Below are positions 24,208 through 34,697 of a stretch of 34,697 nt of DNA, piece after piece (position 1 is the stretch's first letter; each line of letters begins with the position of its first letter). The stretch is from Trypethelium eluteriae (Eukaryota): the NCBI GenBank assembly GCA_051942245.1, contig JAVECL010000225.1, forward strand, positions 1-34,697, given 5' to 3'. The notes beneath the pieces were generated by a model that saw only the letters and a program-made list of their open reading frames with translations, did no database searches and had not been told where the DNA came from. The position numbers and the translations under genes are program-made.

Positions 24208-26023
24208 CTACGAAGGTGGTCTTGGTATCAGTTCTCTCCTCAGTCGGAATTCTAAATACGGCCCCTCGTGTGTGCTTGTCAGATGCTCCTCGATTTGAAA
24301 TTCCATGACCTTGTCTCGTGCGTGTTTAGCACCCTTAACGCCGGCACCAACGTTATCCAGATTGCTCTCCGGCCGCCTTATGTCATAGTACCATAGGACC
24401 TTGGCCAAAGTGATAGTAAGCTCGGTGTATGCCATATTTTGCGCTACACATTTGCGAGAGCCGAGAGAGAAAGGATTGAAGGCAGTTCGAGCTTGATCGA
24501 TAGAGGTTCGTGAAAAATCCGAGGAATTGAGCCAGCGCTCAGGTTTGAAGATGAACGAGTCCTGAAAAATGGCAGCGTTGTGATGAACGCTGTATAGAGA
24601 ACAGCCTATTTCGCAACCAGGTGGGATAAATGCGTCGTCAACCACAATGCCATCTGGACAAACTTCGCGCCAGAGCGAAGTTCCGATTGGTGGCGTCATT
24701 CGCATGGTTTCGTCTATGCACGCACGAAGGTAATGACATCTTGCGAGCGTTGGGCCCGACCGGATTTCAGTTCCGCTCTTGAATGTACTTCGAACATCTG
24801 ATACTAGTGTCTCATAGCACTCTGGGTAGCGAGAAAGATAGAAGAAGGTGGCTGCGAGAGCTGTGGCAGTTGTATCCGAGCCTGTACCGGTTAGCGGATT
24901 GAAAATCAGGACCAGGAAAATAATAGAGCTAGCTGACCAGCAATAGTGAAAAGCCTACTCTCGGCCCACAGCTCATTCAAAGTGAAGCCTTGCTGCGTCT
25001 CAGGATCTTCTGCATCGATAATGAAAGTGAAAAGATCCACTTTGGTATTTTGATGGTTCAGGAGTCTAGTTTCCGCCAATTCCTTGGTCAACTTCCCAAA
25101 CCTTTGACGAGCTGCGGATATTTCCGGATTCGCAAATCGTTCAATTCTGTATTTCGCTAATTTCGGATATTGTGCGAAGACTCCTGAGATGCGACTCGCT
25201 GCTTTGATTAGGTCAATGATGAAATGATTCCTGTCGCTATTTTGCATCTCGAAGGACTGGCCAAAGCCGAAATGACCAAGAACATCCAAAGTCAAATATT
25301 TGCAGAGCGCGGATATGTTTGTTGGATGAGACCATTCACCGCCGCATCTGCTGCCGTCTTCTGATTGCTCAAGTTTCTCCAGGAAGATGTCCACGCAATC
25401 GATGATCGTTGGTTCGAAAGCCCGCATCGCTTGTTCTGAAAAAGCCTGACTTATCACCTTCCTCTTGCGTTTGTGAAGAGCCTTGTCTATGCAAGTGTGG
25501 GTGTTATAAGTACCAGGAGCAGGCAACATTGTTTCGTAGCCCTTGGACTTCTGTACTTGCTTGGAATTATAGATTTCTTACACGTTAGTGGAGTACGTAT
25601 CATATGAAAGGAAAGGAACACTGGCATACCATGAAGGGCTGTCATAGAATTAAAAGCCAGCTTATTTGGACCCATGCGCACGACTGGTCCTAAAGCCTGT
25701 AATCAGACAGAACGGATCTTGATGGGGAAGGATCCGAAGGCCCTACCCCATCGCTCATGTGCCTGCCATGTTTTTAGATGCGCTTGACCCATGGCACTGT
25801 GATAAGCACTGTAAAAATCGGATATCTTGGCAACCAAAGGTCCTGGATATCTACTCAATGGGTGAAAATGTAATCGATAGATAATGATGAGAAGACACTG
25901 CAAGGATATCAGCATGAACAAGCAGATGTCTCGATCAGGACACAGTACTCGTGTAATTAGGAGAAGCACAGCCACCAAAGAACAGTACTTCAGAATGCTG
26001 TAGCAGTTGTGACTGTATGACAT
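24208..26023 (-). CDS. Cytochrome P450 monooxygenase; exons 26023-25949, 25897-25747, 25689-25630, 25576-24938, 24881-24208 (~532 aa)
   Basis: N-terminal anchor then YRLHFHPLSRYPGP; GPVVRMGPN; I-helix AGSDTTA; ExxR ETMR; PERW; heme motif FSLGSRKCVAQ. Four introns give 1599 nt. Confidence 0.96.
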
Positions 26024-26265
26024 TGTTGGGGATTTAAATCTGAAATCAAAGGGAGAACACTTTTCTTGCAGACTGCAGGTTTAGCATGTCTTGATCGTCA
26101 AGATGGCTTTTCTGGGGCCCTTCTACCAGCCTCTGTGCAGAGAGCAACGGAGTCGAATCACAGTGAGCTGTAAGATCATGACGGATGCCAAGAGAAGAGG
26201 CCTCTTTCCAAGTTAATATCTGAAGACCTACGCTCGAGGAAGTGATGTGATGTCGAGTGCAGACC

Positions 26266-26676
26266 CGTGGAGAAGCTGCGTATGTACCATGAACTCAGCT
26301 GAAGATGCTGCGCCGTAAGCTAATCATCTAGTGTGCAGGGTGCGCAGCTGCAGCGCGCCATTTCTGGAAAGATGATGAAACGTGCATGTCATCTGCTTTC
26401 GCATGCATATGCAACGTCCGATGGTCCTGCGCGCTAAGGCAGCACGCCAATACGAGGATAACCTAGTAATTTACGGGAAAGGCCTCCAAGATGTGATTGT
26501 ACGGTAATGTCAGAAAAGTACCGGATGTGATCTAGTGAGTAGAGCTCGAGAGCAATCTGTGGGGACGAAGAATAATGCTTCATCCTATGTCACCTACACA
26601 GGGGGTATCATACACTGGATAAGAGGCCAAAAAAGAGGCTCACAACTGAGAAACTATCAAACACAGTTCTACATGT
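26266..26676. repeat. Non-coding repeat block B, copy 2 (between hydrolase stop and P450 start)
   Basis: Collinear with 16276-16686; lies ~240-650 bp 5' of the P450 ATG. Confidence 0.92.
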
Positions 26677-26701
26677 CTGCCAGCAGTTCGACGTAGTATC
26701 G

Positions 26702-28143
26702 TTACAGCATCGCGCTCTGCGGACCGGTCCAGACCTTTCGGTTTGCTCGTTGCTGACGCATTTTTGCAACGACTATGTCAAACTGCATTGTTGAAAAGCC
26801 ATTTTCCTCTACACCTTCAATTTCTGTCTCGGTAGGTGGGTACCTAACGTGCTTTACCCTCAGAGCGTCAGGCTGGAATACGCAATCGTGCATAAACCTC
26901 GCCATTTGCGCAAACGCATGATGGCTCTGCGTTAGCTTGGGATACAGGAGCGCGAAAATATGTGGTAAGCGTTCATATTGATGAAGCTGAACTGTAACTC
27001 CTTCAGCTACTGCTCGCTGCGCGAGAAACTTACCCTCTTTTCCAACGTAATCTTCTCCATATATAAAGAATAATGGCGGTATGTCAGTCCAACTCCGAGC
27101 AGAAATAGGACTGACGAGTGGATGGCAAAGCGAAGAGATTTCGCAGTACATATCGCCACGAGGAGGCTGAGTGGGCCAGAGCTCGCAAGGTGGCATTCGG
27201 TCACTGAGGCACGGCGGCCTGGGAAGGAGAAAATCGAATTTCTTATTCAGATCGTCGAAAGGACTAGAATGATTAAACCACTGTTCACAGGCAGCTTGTT
27301 GTCGACTCACAAGGAGATGGTTAGATCCAAATGTGCGTGAAACAGTGCTGCACCAGCGGGGAAGGGTAACGGAACCTCTAGTCCATGGAAATTAATGCGC
27401 TTATGCTGTCGAGCTCGAATGCTCCGGATCAGGAGAAGCAACGCCACTACAAGATTGCCGCCTGCGCTGTCACCGGCGAAGATGATGTTTTCTGGTCTTG
27501 TGGCGGAATGAAACGAAGTATCGGATGGATAGAGTAGTGAGAGGTATGTCACCAGTAGATCTATCAGAGCATTCGGAAACGGGTGTTGCGGCGACAACCT
27601 ATAGTCAGGGACAATGCAACGGCCTTTAGTTAGGCGTGCCAAGTTTGCCGTAACACCGCGAGATAATGCAGGACTTCCGGTGCTGACGCAATATTAGGAG
27701 TGTCGGCCTTTTGCGAACGACCTGACAACAAACCAGTAAAATCCTCCATGTACATATAGTATGGTAGTATTTGAAGACACCTCTTTCATCATTTTTTGGT
27801 ACTTTTGTTCTTCACCCAAAAGGGGTTCTGCATCGTTGATAGCAGCTCCCGATCTGTAGCCAGACCACTGGACTTTGACATCAGCCTGGGACGGCTGGGT
27901 AATTTCTTCGCAGCCATCGCCAAGATCTCTTATGGCTCGTTGAACGGCGGAAATGACCGAGTCATTATTGGGAGCCTTTAGCACGGTTCTGCTCGCCCAC
28001 AAAGGACCATTGGCCGGCATATCAGTTGCAGTTCTAGATTGTTGAATAGAGATTGGGGCATAGTAGAAGTCTGCTTTTGTATCGTTGAATTTTTGGGTCA
28101 ACTGTTGAAAAGTTTGCTCGACCTCACTCCGAGAGGCTTTCAT
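26702..28143 (-). CDS. Alpha/beta hydrolase, hormone-sensitive lipase (GDXG) family esterase/lipase; exons 28143-27734, 27682-27311, 27263-26702 (~447 aa)
   Basis: LYVHGGFYC, DYRLSPQHPFPNALID, nucleophile GDSAGG, HPLVSP, YGED, LPHIF. No signal peptide is evident. Confidence 0.93.
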
Positions 28144-28769
28144 CGCTTCTCGTTCGATTTGGCGAAATGCGGTATTGCTTGTAAGTGCTTTGACGTGGTA
28201 TCATCGATAGGGCGATAGCTCGAGCAATACGCGGATAAATATTTGATCCAAGAAACGATGACTAGCTGACAAGGAGCTTATGTTGTAGAAAAGCTACGGA
28301 TGACGGCGGGGACGGGCGTCAGTGGTGCACAAGCTAAGCCAGGACCGCCATGGAGGCGCGGGGCTTTACGGCAGGTGCTAGAGTACGATACCCTAGTTTC
28401 CGGGCCACTGAGGCAGTACATACCTATGGAGTACGTACCTACCCACCGATGCTCCCTAGTCAAGGGTTTCGTTATATACGGTGCATCGTTATATCGTGGG
28501 AAAGATCTTCCAATGGGGTAGATCCTGGCACTTGCAGAACAAGACATGCGATACTCTACGCCAACTACGCAGTATCTCCAACGATATTACGTCAAGCGGC
28601 TTTCTCGGATCCAAAGAAAACATGGAAGTACTGTGCCTCTCGTTTCGCGAGACGGAAAATGGAGCGAGATCCGTGCCAAGCTCGCCAAGTGAAAGGATCG
28701 ATTGGGTATCAAAGGGCGAAGTCCCCGGCTACGACCCACGACACATTCAACCAAAAAGTTTTAGCGAAG

Positions 28770-30071
28770 ATGGCTTCAACTTCGTCCACTGCCGCTCTTC
28801 CTTCAAGCTATCTGAACGAGAATGTTGGCTACCGTTTAGTCGATACAGCCATTGCATTTATTGTGATTCAAACATTCTTCGTTGCATTACGGGCATGGGC
28901 CAGACGTTTTCGAAGCCCTTCTTGGATGTTCGCAGATATCTTCGTACCGATTGCATATCTTTGCAGTCTAGCGATTGACATTGTTGGTATATGTATGGAA
29001 CCCGCTGATTTAGTCGCATGGAGACTATTTGACTGACTTCGAAGTCAAAGTGATTGTGAAGCATGGGGCAGCCGGACGCCACGTTGAGGCAGTTATGCAG
29101 ATGAAGCCCTTGCCATTACCTTACTTTTTTAAGACTCTTTACATAGCCATTCCAGTCCTTTATTGTCTCGCCGTCACTTTCCCGAAACTGGCTTTATTGG
29201 ACGTCTACCTTCACATATTTATCGACCGGTTTTCACGCTACACATGTTACATCACAGGTCTTGTAATCATTCTTACAATGGTCGTCAACGTTCCTACTAC
29301 AATCCGGCAGTGTTCGCCAGTTAGCTACCTATGGGATCAGTATGTTGATCCAGATGCTCATGGCCATTGCAATAACATTCAGACGCATTTCTTGTGGGCC
29401 TCATTTCCAAACATCTTGACCGATGTCGTCATGCTGTTTATTCCTATTCCCGTTCTTCGGAAGCTACAGATATCGTTCAAAACAAAGCTTGGTATATTTG
29501 CAACTTTTCTGGTGGGAAGCATGTGAGTCTCACAATCGGTCGGATCTTCATACAAATAACAGCTTCTAGTGGACTGGTGGTGTCAATCATCAGATTTGCG
29601 GCTTTTACACAGTCATACACCGATTTCACCAGGGTATCAGTCGCGCTCACAGTTTGGACTACGGCTGAACCAGGAGCCTATGTAGTTGCTGCCCGTCTGA
29701 TCACGTTGAGGCCTCTCCTTTCCTACATTGCTTATGAAAGCCCACTGTCATCAGTATTCACTGCCTCGATACTCACCACGTCTCGAAAGTCTACGAGACT
29801 GAACGAGACAGGCAAGTCCGACACTTTTCATTCCAAGCGAAAAGAGACTTCTCACGATGTGGAATTACCTGAATGTTCGGCTGATGCCACGAATCTCGTC
29901 CCAGGGGATCAGTATCCGAATTCTTCAATGGTTACAGCAGAGCAGGTATCCTCGCGAGGCTACCCAGAGTCTCAGCCAGCGGAAGGTATTCACGTTGAAC
30001 ACGAATTCATGTTCAGCTCCAAGCCAGCGAAAGAACGGAGTCCGTTAGAACCTGGAAGGCCAGGGCGGTGA
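28770..30071 (+). CDS. PTH11-like rhodopsin-domain integral membrane protein (no CFEM); exons 28770-28992, 29051-29522, 29570-30071 (~398 aa)
   Basis: FVALRAWAR, ADIFV, GAAGRHV, PKLALLDVYLHIF, QCSPVSYLWD...GHC, NILTDVVMLFIPIPVLRKLQ, SIIRF, WTTAEPG...LRPL. Confidence 0.92.
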
Positions 30072-30780
30072 ATCGATTTTATGTTGGGTTGTTACTTGTT
30101 GGCTTGTCTGATGCATTTTCCGTTTTAAAAGAAGGGCAGGTTTTTGTACTTGTTAATTCACATAAAAAAAAGGCACTGTATCTAGTATTGACGATGACCT
30201 ACATACATGGGCACATGCGGAGTAACCGTATCGTATCGTAATCTACGCCTCCAATTTAACGTTCTGTCTGGTTGCAAAAGCTTGGGAGCACCACTGTTTC
30301 CAACTCTCAATGCGAGTCCAACATGAGCAGACTACCATTGCATATGCATACAACCCCAGGCGGAGCCCGCTTTTGCGGATCAGGCTAATGCCAAATGTTG
30401 ATAGGTGGCACCGACGGTGCAACAGCAACAAAAGACGGGTCGGCCCTTGTTCACCAGACGGCACAAATGATCAAGGGGTGTCTTATTCCCGGATCTTTAG
30501 GAACCGGTACCAGGCTATAACTCATGAGCGGCGGACTCGCTGGGTGCCCTAGTCTGTGATGAGTAGTCTTGGATCAGCCTTACTTAGAAAGGAGAGACAC
30601 CGTTTGACAGCTCCACATGAAAGCAAATCAGCATACCTTCGATAACCTGCAGCGAAGATTTATACTCTGTGAAAGAGTCTGCCCCAGGCTCCGTAAATTC
30701 GTGTCGCATACTGCGGTTCCTACTTCGTGTTGGCATGAATATTCTTGACTTTACCTTTTCGACACTTCGATACACTCAGA

Positions 30781-32828
30781 ATGGCGTCAGAGAGCCTGAC
30801 TCAAAAGATGAAAATAGCTTCAGGGCCCTCAAAAATTGAGCAAAACTTGCAGGAGAATCAAATGCCTGAACCATATCTCCAGGGATGGAGATTGTCCATT
30901 GTAACATTGAGGTTGGTAGTTGTTCCGCCATATATTTTGCGGGATCACACTTCAATCAGGCCTGTGAATGTTGAAAGCGTCGCAGTATTCTCCTTTCCAT
31001 GCTTTTAGTCAACATTGAGGTCTCCGTAACCGGCACGGCACTCCCTTCGATCTCGAATGATCTACATGGCTTCAACCAGTCAGGATGGATTGTTGCTGGA
31101 TATATGGTCTCTTACACAAGTATTAGGTCGTCCCTCTGTCATTTATGATTTTACTAAGGGATTGTCTCTAGGTACACTTATTATCTGGTGCAAAATTAGC
31201 GATATCTTTGGCCGGAAGACAACCATCATATTTGCGTTGGCTATATTCGCCGCATTTTCTGGAGGGTGTGGGGCTGCGCAGACTAACACCCAGCTGTGAG
31301 TATCTTATGCTCATAACTGACGTGTAACTGATTCGTACGATCTAGAATTGCTTGTCGTGTGCTTCAGGGCGTTGGAGCAGCTGGCTGCATTGCTCTGCCC
31401 ATAACTATCACTTATGAAATGGTACCTAGGCACAAATATCCATTGTACGGTGCTCTCGTATCCACGTCCAATGCTCTCGGCAGTCTGACAGGCCCATTGA
31501 TTGGTGGCGGTATCAGTGAAAGGTCAACATGGAGGTGGATATTTCTTCTAAAGTATGTCCTCGCTTACAGTTAGTAACCCTTAGAGTAGTGCTCACGCAG
31601 AATAGTGTGCCGGCTGCACTTCTTGCCATACTATTCTTCTCAATAAGTCTACCTCGCCACTTCCCGCATCATGGACAGACTCCACATCTTTCCTCATCCG
31701 GTCACGAGCGACTTCGTATAGGTACCCTGTCCCGCCTAGATTTCGTTGGTGCATTTCTGCTGCTAGCAGCCTCAATGCTTCTGGTTACTGTCCTTTTAGG
31801 TGCTGGAAATGAATTTGCTTGGAATTCCGCAACGACGATTGCATGCCTTACGATTTCTGGACTGCTGTGGTCACTTCTTGTCGCTAATGAGCGATTGATA
31901 ACGGTGAAAGATCTGCCACAAGAGCCACTATTTCCATGGCGCTTTGTACGGAACAGAATATGGATGGGAACCTTATTGTCCGCTCATTGATCTCTATGTT
32001 ATCATGATGTACTGACTTAATTCTTAGCGTATCATTATTTTCTGGAGTGCCATACAACATTCTTGTGGTCGATTTGCCTCAGCGATTTCAACTTGTGAAC
32101 AACATGTCTCCTCTGACGTCTGGGGTACGCCTTATACCATTCAACCTTCTCGTGTCACTTGGAGGCATTCTTGTTAGTATGCTTGCCGCAAAAGCACGCA
32201 CACCGCCTATATTCTTAATGCTTGCGGGGTCGACGATGCAACTGCTTGGAGTGTTACTCTTTGCTTATGCGCTACCTTCCAATGGCACGCTACCCGCGGC
32301 TATTTATGGGTACGAAATTCTGTTGGGATGTGGTATCGGTTTCATGTTTGGAATCTGCGTCCTCATTCCTCCTCACGTAGTCGAACGACAAGATGTTGGT
32401 AAGTATATTTTCACTTGTACTCAGCGAATGTCCTCACCCTCAGAGTTCAATATGAGTTGACCGGAATATGAGTAGGAGTATCGAGTGGTGCTCTTCTACA
32501 GTTCCGCATATTCGGTGGTGCATTGGGTTTAGCTATTGGATCCAGCATCATGAACAATTATCTTGCTCGCAATCTCAGCAAGATAATCAGCGCTGAAGAT
32601 CTTTCTAAGCTATTACACTCGGCTACAAGTAGCGAAAGCTTTCCACCCAATTTTCAACAGAAGATCAAGCTAGCTTTCGCACAGAGCTATAGCTTGCAAA
32701 TGAAGGTCTTGGTTGTCTTTGCAGTGTTGCAATTTTTGGCCGTCGCGATCTTGTGGAAAAGCCCACAGATCATGATCGTCCAACCAAAGGAATCGAATAA
32801 GTCCGGTAGAGTAATTGAGAAAAAGTGA
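30781..32828 (+). CDS. MFS drug/metabolite efflux transporter (DHA2-like); exons 30781-30911, 30986-31119, 31172-31295, 31346-31552, 31606-31977, 32028-32398, 32476-32828 (~563 aa)
   Basis: Motif A KISDIFGRK, CRVLQGVG, GPLIGGGISERSTWRWIFLLNVP, RLDFVG, LPQRFQLVN, QFRIFGGALG. Six introns give 1692 nt. Confidence 0.94.
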
Positions 32829-34051
32829 AAGAGTTTGCCACGGATTGAAAGGATTTGTGGCGGTGTCAGACCACGCCAGAAGATTTTAAGAAGATGCCTT
32901 GAGAGCGAGGAAAGTATCTCTATACCCTGATATCATCCTTATATGTTCACGAGAGAGAGCAGCACCCACAGACTGCGAGAAGATCCTTTATTCTTTCTTC
33001 TTGGAGACAAAGTAAGCGGGTAGGTGAATCACGATACCGTGCTCATGTCCGTACTCTGCAAACTATAGGCTGCACAATTCTCGATACTCAGAAGTCTACT
33101 CAATATTCTCAAGCTGACAATCTCTGATTCAATGACTACTTGTCAGGGAAAAATAGATTTCGCATCCTCGCACAGCGTGTTCCGTCACAGCCATCACGCC
33201 GGACTTTCGAATCCCCACTCTCGTTTCTTCGTAGATAGGAACCCGGCTCTGCTGGAAGAACCAAGCGAGAATCCACCTACTCACTTTAAGACACAGAAGT
33301 AACTAAAAAGCCAGCTAGCTCTCTTAGTAGAGTTCTAAGAGATCGATCACAGCACCCAAGATACTTAATTTTAGACACATTCCTTTTGTCATTATCAAAA
33401 GCCACTAAGGACGGAGAAGACGCATAGGACTCAGGACAATGAAAAGCCGGCCAACTGACTAGAAGGAACCAGAAAGATCCGGGATAAAGAGCAGCATGCA
33501 GGCGAAGTGTAGGAATCTTTTCAGGACGTTCATGACTGACTTTTCCTGGTCCTTTCTAAAGCAGCTGGATAGTCCGAAACGAAGGGGTGACCCAGCAGTA
33601 ACAAGTCATGCCGACGGGAATGGTGATGTCTTGGTGGCCTGCCAAAGGACTCTGCAAGTTATAATGATGGGGATTCAGGAGATATTTGATCCAGAGAGCC
33701 TCGTGAAATCCTTTGGAGCTGATAAATTGAACTATATACGGTAGGTAGCAAAGAAATTGCTTTCATATCTGCTGAGTGCGCTTTTGCATCGCGACGTGAA
33801 AGTATGTCACGGGGCACTGCAAACCGCCGGAATGTCTTCGGTTTGAAAGACCTGACGGATGAAGTTCGCAAGGAGATATTCTTCGACCAGAGTGCTTGCA
33901 CGACTGCGCATGCATCAGACGGGAATAAGACCAGGACGGAAAACTCTTGCACAGAAAATCCGTGAAAAAGTATCTATTTTGAGGTTGATATCCAATTCCA
34001 GCCTGTCATTCCAACGTAAAGGGAAACGTCCAGGCACAGGACATCACATTA

Positions 34052-34697
34052 TCACACGAGCACCCACTCGCTCCCCCTCTTGATGAATTTATCCAGCAGC
34101 AGTCCCACATCTGCAAGGACGAACCGACAAATGTAGAAGCCGAAGAATTCGGCGGCATGGCGAGCGCTAAGTTCGAGGCCTACGTGCGCGGGTGATGAGT
34201 GTTTGAGACCAGGATCTTCGACTTGGCGGGCAATTTGGTCTACGTGAAAAAATTCTGTCAGTATCATGAACTTTTTTTGAGAAGATGTACCAAAAGGGGG
34301 CCAACAGAAATAAAGGACAAGAACGAATTCGAGAGGGAAGATCGAGGAAAGGATGTCAATCATACCGAGAACCTGCACCGCATCGCACAGTCTAGCCAAG
34401 CTCGCCATGTAATTCCCCATGGTGAACCCGCTGAATTCCAAGTTTGCCGCATCTCTCCTCGCAAACTTCGGATTCGCCAAGGACGTCATCGGCAGCGTCG
34501 AGATCGTGAAGCCCGCACCCCCATCCTTCCCATCCTTATCCTTGGTCAACCCATTCCCAGTCGAACCCGCCATTCCCGATCCCGAGATCGCAATGCCCGT
34601 CAATCCCGCCCCGGAGTTCTTTGGCCGTAGCTTCCGCCATCCAGAAAGGTAATTCTTCCCTCCACTACTAACCTTCCTACCCCCCATCGCAGACCCC
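34052..34697 (-). CDS. 3' end of a conserved fungal protein, probably the MIT-domain-containing family (partial; runs off the window); intron 34365-34240
   Basis: Spliced C-terminus NYMASLARLCDAVQVL|DQIARQVEDPGLKHSSPAHVGLELSARHAAEFFGFYICRFVLADVGLLLDKFIKRGSEWVLV. The family call is from memory of this C-terminus; the MIT domain itself is not in the window. Confidence 0.72.
   Translation of the reverse strand, partial: GSAMGGRKVSSGGKNYLSGWRKLRPKNSGAGLTGIAISGSGMAGSTGNGLTKDKDGKDGGAGFTISTLPMTSLANPKFARRDAANLEFSGFTMGNYMASLARLCDAVQVLGMIDILSSIFPLEFVLVLYFCWPPFGTSSQKKFMILTEFFHVDQIARQVEDPGLKHSSPAHVGLELSARHAAEFFGFYICRFVLADVGLLLDKFIKRGSEWVLV

Noticed and set aside
24440..24475. P450 heme motif ending C-V-A rather than C-x-G
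   Set aside because: CxA is a known tolerated variant in fungal P450s and all other motifs are intact.
16276..26676. Blocks A and B as LTRs of a retroelement, or as heavy RIP products
   Set aside because: No gag/pol remnants, no clear TG...CA termini, and the sequences are not AT-enriched.
28350..28769. 140-aa N-terminal extension of the 28350-29036 ORF
   Set aside because: The extension is not protein-like and lies in the divergent promoter. Family-like sequence begins at the ATG at 28770.

Overview
Intron-containing nuclear DNA from a filamentous ascomycete (Pezizomycotina-type GT-AG introns with CTRAC-like branch points). I spliced the gene models by hand. The left ~9 kb is housekeeping: SNF5, VPS74/GOLPH3, and a head-to-head pair of respiratory complex I genes (mitochondrial acyl carrier protein and NDUFS8/TYKY). 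An accessory block follows: a secreted S28 peptidase, a Clr5-domain protein, and a candidate lipid-modifying cluster with no PKS/NRPS/terpene-synthase core. That cluster holds a FAD2-like desaturase, a cytochrome P450, an HSL-family hydrolase, two PTH11-like rhodopsin-domain membrane proteins and a DHA2-type MFS exporter. The window ends in the 3' part of a conserved, probably MIT-domain, gene. The ORF track misses four things: a decayed second copy of the desaturase (15963-16233), two 0.4-0.6 kb non-coding blocks each present twice, and an in-frame TGA in the first receptor-like gene. Together these suggest a locally duplicated, scrambled and partly decayed copy of the cluster. Functional calls rest on motif recognition from memory; no searches were run.
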